From: Bacteroidota bacterium
GTDB taxonomy: Bacteria > Bacteroidota > JABWAT01
Reading direction: 5' to 3'
Assembly (NCBI GenBank): GCA_013360915.1
Contig: JABWAT010000001.1
Span: 5,259-69,258 of the forward strand
DNA length: 64,000 nucleotides
Positions 59,113 through 64,000 of this stretch are shown here, piece after piece. Position numbers and translations under genes: made by a program. The notes under the pieces were generated by a model that made no database searches, was not told the origin of the DNA, and saw only the letters and a program-made list of their open reading frames with translations. Every line of letters starts with the position of its first letter. Within the stretch, counting starts at the first letter, position 1.

Positions 59113-59223
59113 AAATAAAAAAAGGGGAAGGTGTCCCCGTACCTTCCCCTTTGACAAACGGGATAAGGTGTCCCCACTCCTTATCCCTGACAGGTGGAGT
59201 AAAGTGTCCCCATACTTTACCCC
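59113..59223 (-). ncRNA. candidate structured RNA: three tandem hairpins with a conserved loop, the last doubling as an intrinsic terminator
   Basis: The three hairpins are 59121-59152 AAAGGGGAAGG/TGTCCCCGTA/CCTTCCCCTTT, 59160-59187 GGGATAAGG/TGTCCCCACT/CCTTATCCC and 59196-59223 GGAGTAAAG/TGTCCCCATA/CTTTACCCC. In minus sense, hairpin 1 is followed by U7AU4. Confidence 0.45.
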
Positions 59224-59278
59224 TTGCTATTGGTGATGCCAGGCTTGTAGGATCCCGACACCACACCAATTTGGAACA

Positions 59279-59307
59279 AATTTAAAAGGCGATGGTATGA
59301 TTGTCAA
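59279..59307 (-). promoter_or_regulatory. sigma70-like promoter candidate upstream of the hairpin array
   Basis: On the minus strand, TTGACA (59307-59302), a 17-nt spacer, then TAAATT (59284-59279). It sits 23 nt downstream of the rhodanese stop. Confidence 0.3.
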
Positions 59308-59329
59308 TACGGGCTGGTCAGGATTTTTT

Positions 59330-59740
59330 TTACAGCGAGGCATCTCCGCGCCAGACCTGGTATCCCCCGGCCAGATAGTAAACTTTACTGAACCTGTTTT
59401 TAGCCAGCAGAATGGCAGCTTTTTTAGAACGCGATCCACTTTCACAATAAATCACCACCGGACGGTCCCGGTAGCTTTGCAACCGCAGATCATCCGGCTT
59501 CAGTTGCTTCAGTTCAATATTGATTGACCCGCCGATTTTCCCAAGTTTCAGTTCAGGTTCCGTACGGACATCAACAAGAAGAAAATCCTTATTCGGCTTA
59601 TTGGTTTTCATGTACAGTTTCAGTTCGGCCACATTCAAACGCTCGAAATGTCCGCCTTTGAACCTGATATAAAACTGCTCGCTATATTTCCAAATGATAA
59701 TTGCCGCAACGGCCAGAATAATGATAATACTAAAATCCAT
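59330..59740 (-). CDS. membrane-anchored rhodanese-domain sulfurtransferase
   Basis: An N-terminal TM (IIIILAVAAIIIW) and the rhodanese active-site loop VIYCESGSRS. Confidence 0.85.
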   Translation of the reverse strand: MDFSIIIILAVAAIIIWKYSEQFYIRFKGGHFERLNVAELKLYMKTNKPNKDFLLVDVRTEPELKLGKIGGSINIELKQLKPDDLRLQSYRDRPVVIYCESGSRSKKAAILLAKNRFSKVYYLAGGYQVWRGDASL

Positions 59741-59770
59741 AGGTTTCCTGTCTGAAAGAGTGCAAAGATA

Positions 59771-62659
59771 CTACAGCCGGTGAAAATCCCCCAGAACCCC
59801 TTCTATTCCATCCTGACGCTGCTGCCATTCGGATTGCAATCCAATTTTCCTGATTGCAAAATCGGCCGTTTCGGTCAGGGTCCTGAATGAGTAAACTGGC
59901 ATATCGGGAAGTGTGGAAAGAAATTCACGGTTCTTCCCTGCCAGAATCCGGCTGTCCAAAACGGTTATCAACCCCTTATCTGTGTCTGACCGGATGAGTC
60001 TTCCTGCCCCCTGCCGGAATTTTAACCGGGCGATTCCATGGTACCAATTCCAGAAACCTGCACCTTCAACTGCCTGTCGGTGTCTGATTTCAGGATCATC
60101 AACCGGGCTGAAAGGTAATTTGACAATAATGACCTGGGAACAGGTGGAGCCCGGAAAATCGACACCGGTCCAGAGGCGATCCACACCTATCAGAACCGAC
60201 TGCTCCAGATTGGTGAATTGTCTGATCTGATCCACACTCGCTCCTTCCTGCCGGATTACGAGGATCCCGGTCTGTTCGAGCGGGTCGGCAATGGCCTGGT
60301 AGATGGCTTCCATCTGCTCGTAACTGGTACACAGGATCAGAGTTCGTCCATTGGTGACCGCACTTAAATACCCACAGGTCGCACTAACCTGGCTGATCCA
60401 TTGGTTCTTCAATGACGGATCACCGGCCCGGAAAGATTGAATCCAGGTGGTGACCCCAATGGCCGCCTGTTCCTGATAGTGAAAGGGTGATTCGATGACG
60501 TTGGTGACGACGGGTACGGACCGGATACCCAATTCATTGCAAAAGAAATCGAAGGACTGGTCCAGCGTCAGAGTTGCGCTGGTAAAAACCCAGGAGGGCA
60601 CCTGATCGAACATGTGACCAGAAAACTGATTTCCGATATAAACAGCCTTTTTGCCAAGATACCAGTCCTTTTCCCTGAGCAACAGATAGTGACACCAAGC
60701 TGAGGACGGATAATCTCTGGAAAACTCGGACAGGCCGGAAATGACCTGATCGAGACGGTTTATAAAAACCAGAAAAGTGGGATTGACGGAAGGTCTGATG
60801 GATAACGTACCCGCCTCTTTCCATTCCGAAATCAGTCCACGGATATCCTGAAGGGGTTCAAGAAGCGGCTTGATCCAGGCCGTTAAGGAATAGGACGATT
60901 CAATCTCAGGAAAATCGGGAAGGTAAGCGGTCGACTTCCCTTTCATATGAACCGAAAACCATCGGTTTACCTGATGAATACCCTCTTCAACCTGATGAAA
61001 CAGGGTGGCCAGATCGAAGCCGGCGTTGGGATGCCCATTCACACTGAGGCCTGTGTGCCAGCCCGGCTGATGCCGGCTTCCCCTTGCAAGCGAAAGCAAC
61101 CGCCAGCAGTCACGGGCCCCTACCTCGGTACTCATACTGCTTCTCAGAAAACCCGGAAACAAGTCGGCTTCATCAACAATGACCGTCCTGCAGGTTTCCA
61201 GCAGAAAATCTGGCATGTTAAAAAATTTGGCGTGATTGATAATCACCAACTGTGACCGCCCCGCTTCTTTCAGAACCTGATCATAAACACAATGACCAAA
61301 ATACTCACAGGTCGATTTGAAACATGACACATCAGAACGGACCATTTCAATGATATCGGACAACCCCGGGATCATTTGGTATAAGGCTTCAGGAATAGAT
61401 TCCAGATCCACATAATCCCGGTAGGCCGTCAGGTGTATGAGATAAACCAGAACAAAATAGTCCGCCTCATTATGCCGACCGATTCCCTCCTCGGTCAGAA
61501 GACGCAACCGGCGCCTGACCGATCCCAGACAGCAATAATTCTGCCGGCCCTTCAGAATGGCGGTTTCAATGGAGCGGAATGCTTCGGGGAACCATTTTTT
61601 CAGTGACCTGATTTCCTTCCAGAAAATCTGGTGCTGGAGGTTCTTCAAAGCGGTTGAAACAATGATACGCTGGCCCGGATTTAACCGTAAAAATTCCATG
61701 GCGGGAATCAGATAACCAAGGGATTTACCGGTTCCGGTACCTGCTTCAATGAGCAACGGATCCCCCTGATTGATTGCACTGACAACAGAGCCGGCATATT
61801 GAATCTGCTGAGGTCTGGCCCGGAATTTTCCAGAGGTTTTCGCGGGAAGACCGGTCTGGAAATAATCGACGACCAACGCTTCATTCACCGGTGCCATGCT
61901 CATGGCAGGCATTCGCTGATCGGCCCCGGGTTTCATTCGCAGTAAATTTCTCAGATAGGCATCCAAAGAAGTCAGTTGTACAGACATGAGTCCGGCCTGA
62001 TCGCCTCGGATGGCTTGAAATTGATCCAATCCGGCGAGCACGGAAGCAAAAAACCGGAATAATCCGGAAGATTCTTCCAGTGGTTTCATCAACGTGGCCA
62101 GAGTGGCCAGGTGCTGGTCGGTGCCGATCGCATGGTTATAGAATCGGAGAAGATCGGTCAACCGGTTCATCTGAGGTGCTTTCCCGGGCTGGTGCAATGT
62201 ATGATGGACCAGCGACCACAGATCGGAGGGGTGTGCACTCTCGCGTTGGGGATGAGTGATCTGAAACATCAACCGAAGATCGATCCAGTTACCCGCCGGC
62301 CAGGCTGGATTGTAAGCTTTTAATCGCCGGATCAGGGAAGGTTCATTCCAGAAGAGAACGAAATCGGAGCCGGCGATTTCCTGTTCAAGCAGCGCCAGCA
62401 TTCCGGACCGGGTGGCCTGCCTGATTGAAAAACCGGCCTCTTCTGCATGTTTCTTTTCTGATGGGGTGAGCGGATCTGAATCGGAGCAGAAAAGCTGAAG
62501 TTGGGTGGTTTCCCGGTCACTGACCATGTCGGATACCTGAATACGGGTGATCCGGTCGGTAAACCGGGAAGGTCCCGTCTCGGTTATTTCCACCAGCGTG
62601 ACCCGAATGACCGGTTTAAACATTTCCGGCGTCGTCATTGAAATTGCCCGGTTTCTCAC
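59771..62659 (-). CDS. dinG: DinG/XPD-family Fe-S ATP-dependent DNA helicase with an N-terminal DnaQ-like (apparently degenerate) domain
   Basis: Walker A EAGTGTGKSLGY, DEAD-box VIVDEADL, Fe-S cysteines (NYCC...C..C....C) and C-terminal helicase motifs (TSATL, GxxWxGVD, LxQxxGRLIR). Confidence 0.85.
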   Translation of the reverse strand: MRNRAISMTTPEMFKPVIRVTLVEITETGPSRFTDRITRIQVSDMVSDRETTQLQLFCSDSDPLTPSEKKHAEEAGFSIRQATRSGMLALLEQEIAGSDFVLFWNEPSLIRRLKAYNPAWPAGNWIDLRLMFQITHPQRESAHPSDLWSLVHHTLHQPGKAPQMNRLTDLLRFYNHAIGTDQHLATLATLMKPLEESSGLFRFFASVLAGLDQFQAIRGDQAGLMSVQLTSLDAYLRNLLRMKPGADQRMPAMSMAPVNEALVVDYFQTGLPAKTSGKFRARPQQIQYAGSVVSAINQGDPLLIEAGTGTGKSLGYLIPAMEFLRLNPGQRIIVSTALKNLQHQIFWKEIRSLKKWFPEAFRSIETAILKGRQNYCCLGSVRRRLRLLTEEGIGRHNEADYFVLVYLIHLTAYRDYVDLESIPEALYQMIPGLSDIIEMVRSDVSCFKSTCEYFGHCVYDQVLKEAGRSQLVIINHAKFFNMPDFLLETCRTVIVDEADLFPGFLRSSMSTEVGARDCWRLLSLARGSRHQPGWHTGLSVNGHPNAGFDLATLFHQVEEGIHQVNRWFSVHMKGKSTAYLPDFPEIESSYSLTAWIKPLLEPLQDIRGLISEWKEAGTLSIRPSVNPTFLVFINRLDQVISGLSEFSRDYPSSAWCHYLLLREKDWYLGKKAVYIGNQFSGHMFDQVPSWVFTSATLTLDQSFDFFCNELGIRSVPVVTNVIESPFHYQEQAAIGVTTWIQSFRAGDPSLKNQWISQVSATCGYLSAVTNGRTLILCTSYEQMEAIYQAIADPLEQTGILVIRQEGASVDQIRQFTNLEQSVLIGVDRLWTGVDFPGSTCSQVIIVKLPFSPVDDPEIRHRQAVEGAGFWNWYHGIARLKFRQGAGRLIRSDTDKGLITVLDSRILAGKNREFLSTLPDMPVYSFRTLTETADFAIRKIGLQSEWQQRQDGIEGVLGDFHRL

Positions 62660-62678
62660 TGGAGGTTACTTTTGCATC

Positions 62679-63185
62679 ATGTTAAAATGGATCATCGTCT
62701 TATCAGTATTCGGAATCAACCTGACCATTGATCAGGTTTCAAAATCCTTGGCCCGTCTCCATCTGGAGTACCTGGTTTCCACCAGCTACTTTTCGGATTT
62801 CTTACGGATAATCTACGTGGAAAATACGGGGGTTGCTTTGTCCTTTGGCAGTGACTGGTCTCCGATGGTCCGGTTTCTCTTATTTAATGTTCTGGTCCTG
62901 ATTATTCTGATTGTCCTGATTGTTTATCTGATCAGAACGTTTCATGAACAAACCACTCTGAAACTGATTGCCTTCTCCCTGATCTTGTCGGGAGGAGTGG
63001 GCAATCTCATTGACCGGTTCATGAGAGAAGGTGCTGTGACTGATTTTCTGAATGTCGGATTTGGCACCTTCCGGACGGCCATCTTCAACTGGGCCGATTT
63101 TTGTGTTACCACCGGATTGCTGATCCTTCTGGCACTCAGCATTATTGAAACGATCCGGTTGCGCCGGCAGGAGAATCCCGCCTGA
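62679..63185 (+). CDS. lspA: lipoprotein signal peptidase II
   Basis: The internal ATG at 62679 follows GGAGG. Motifs are DQVSK, NTGVALSFG, GNLIDR and FNWADFCVTTG. Length is 168 aa. Confidence 0.9.
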   Translation: MLKWIIVLSVFGINLTIDQVSKSLARLHLEYLVSTSYFSDFLRIIYVENTGVALSFGSDWSPMVRFLLFNVLVLIILIVLIVYLIRTFHEQTTLKLIAFSLILSGGVGNLIDRFMREGAVTDFLNVGFGTFRTAIFNWADFCVTTGLLILLALSIIETIRLRRQENPA

Positions 63186-63205
63186 ACCATTTCCTATTCT
63201 GGTTT

Positions 63206-63352
63206 ATGGCCACCGTTCGTGCCGGATTCATTGCGGCCGGGCTCTGGCTACTCTTTGCTTCCGATTCCACAGCCGACCCGTTTCTCAGAATTTTATTCGG
63301 AATTGTGCTGATTCTGTTTGGTGCTTTCAGGCTGATCAGGCAATTCAGTTAA
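63206..63352 (+). CDS. possible small two-TM membrane protein (48 aa)
   Basis: My own translation is MATVRAGFIAAGLWLLFASDSTADPFLRILFGIVLILFGAFRLIRQFS. It has two hydrophobic helices, no recognisable family and no strong RBS. Confidence 0.3.
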   Translation: MATVRAGFIAAGLWLLFASDSTADPFLRILFGIVLILFGAFRLIRQFS

Positions 63353-64000
63353 AGCTCCACTTCCAACCCCTTCACCCCATCGGGCAGCCACCAACCCTGA
63401 ACCGGTTCCCAACCTGCTTCTGCAGTCCAGACGATCAATCCATTCACGACTATCTGAACAGGCCGGTCCCCTTCCACGATCCTGAAAGAAGCCCGTTCTC
63501 CCGGATTCAGAAAGCGGGTGGAATGGTCATGCCGCGAGCCAACGGGACAAAACGTACCCGGCACGACGGACACCCACCCGGCCACTTTATCAAAAGCCTG
63601 TTCCGGGTAATAAAACGTTGAAGCCCCGTTCATGAGGTGGTTTTTAAGGATTTCGGCCGACTCATCCCCGGTCAACTGAACCGATGTCCCCGGCCGGAGG
63701 ACACCAGGAGTTCCTTTCACAACTACCTTTGCTGAAAGCGGATGCAATGCACCGATATCTGCAACCAGACCCACCAGGCGCTCATGGCCATTTATCTGTT
63801 CCATTGGGACCATGTTAATAGCCAGATCGGCTTTAAATGTCTGACTTCCCGCCGATTGAACCATCAGGTCTGTCAGTTTCAGGTCGGCCAGCAACGGGCC
63901 ATTAAACGGAATTGCTTCATACCCTTCCGGAGACCCGTTCTTCCAGTTTCCCGAGGCAATATCAACCAATGAGCAAAGGAACAGATGAAGGTTTAACTGC
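63349..64000 (-). CDS. hypothetical protein, 5' end probably outside the window
   Basis: The frame stays open from 63969 to the window end. The ORF-track start is only a TTG. I recognise no family motif. Confidence 0.5.
   Translation of the reverse strand, partial: QLNLHLFLCSLVDIASGNWKNGSPEGYEAIPFNGPLLADLKLTDLMVQSAGSQTFKADLAINMVPMEQINGHERLVGLVADIGALHPLSAKVVVKGTPGVLRPGTSVQLTGDESAEILKNHLMNGASTFYYPEQAFDKVAGWVSVVPGTFCPVGSRHDHSTRFLNPGERASFRIVEGDRPVQIVVNGLIVWTAEAGWEPVQGWWLPDGVKGLEVEL

Noticed and set aside
59121-59223. A mini-CRISPR-like array: three ~28-32-nt palindromic units with ~36-nt periodicity.
   Set aside because: The units are not identical and have no unique spacers of CRISPR size between them. 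No cas genes occur in the window, and one unit doubles as a terminator.
59093-59269. The ORF-track N-terminal extension of the parvulin gene shows a periodic peptide (..WGHFTPP..WGHLIPF..GTGTPSPF).
   Set aside because: The periodicity is just the translation of the three tandem hairpin repeats. The internal ATG at 59092 gives a clean lipoprotein signal peptide, so the extension is treated as non-coding.
63145-63621. A 158-aa plus-strand ORF spanning the lspA 3' end and the following convergent gene.
   Set aside because: It overlaps two better-supported genes and is Arg/Cys/His-rich with no motif. Only the short in-spacer ORF at 63206-63352 was kept, at low confidence.

Overview
This window is a gene-dense, mostly housekeeping chromosomal segment with about 55 CDS. 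I found no rRNA, tRNA, CRISPR array, transposase, integrase or phage genes. A Por/T9SS type-A C-terminal sorting domain, together with clear AAGGAG Shine-Dalgarno sites, suggests an FCB-superphylum bacterium outside classical Bacteroidia (Ignavibacteria-, Calditrichota- or Marinimicrobia-like). That placement is inference only.

Recognisable core genes:
- leuS (3' end), purM, plsY, gpsA, rsgA, purL, an orphan nuoI, queG and a cyclophilin
- pta, comF-like, purD, sixA, eno, ftsB-like, GTP-type pckG, lspA and a DinG-family helicase

Accessory or envelope content:
- an Omp85-family gene divergent from a 1169-aa LVIVD-propeller protein carrying 9 cadherin-like repeats
- a 1153-aa predicted outer-membrane barrel plus an NHL-propeller protein, translationally coupled to sixA-purD-epimerase
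- a 2184-aa T9SS cargo built from about 3.75 copies of a ~457-aa super-repeat that contains an alpha/beta module I cannot assign to a family
- a TonB-dependent receptor, esterase and M64 peptidase neighbourhood
- a COG0523 GTPase and MFS transporter pair

Findings most worth a second look:
1. A promoter-to-terminator non-coding unit at 59113-59307, holding three tandem hairpins with an invariant loop and compensatory stem changes.
2. The unassigned repeated module in the giant T9SS protein.
3. A 118-aa protein made of two complete MshEN-type bipartite c-di-GMP-binding motifs.
4. An HD-GYP response regulator whose stop codon overlaps the start of a DHH/DHHA1 phosphoesterase.

All family assignments come from motif recognition by eye. 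No database search or structure prediction was run.
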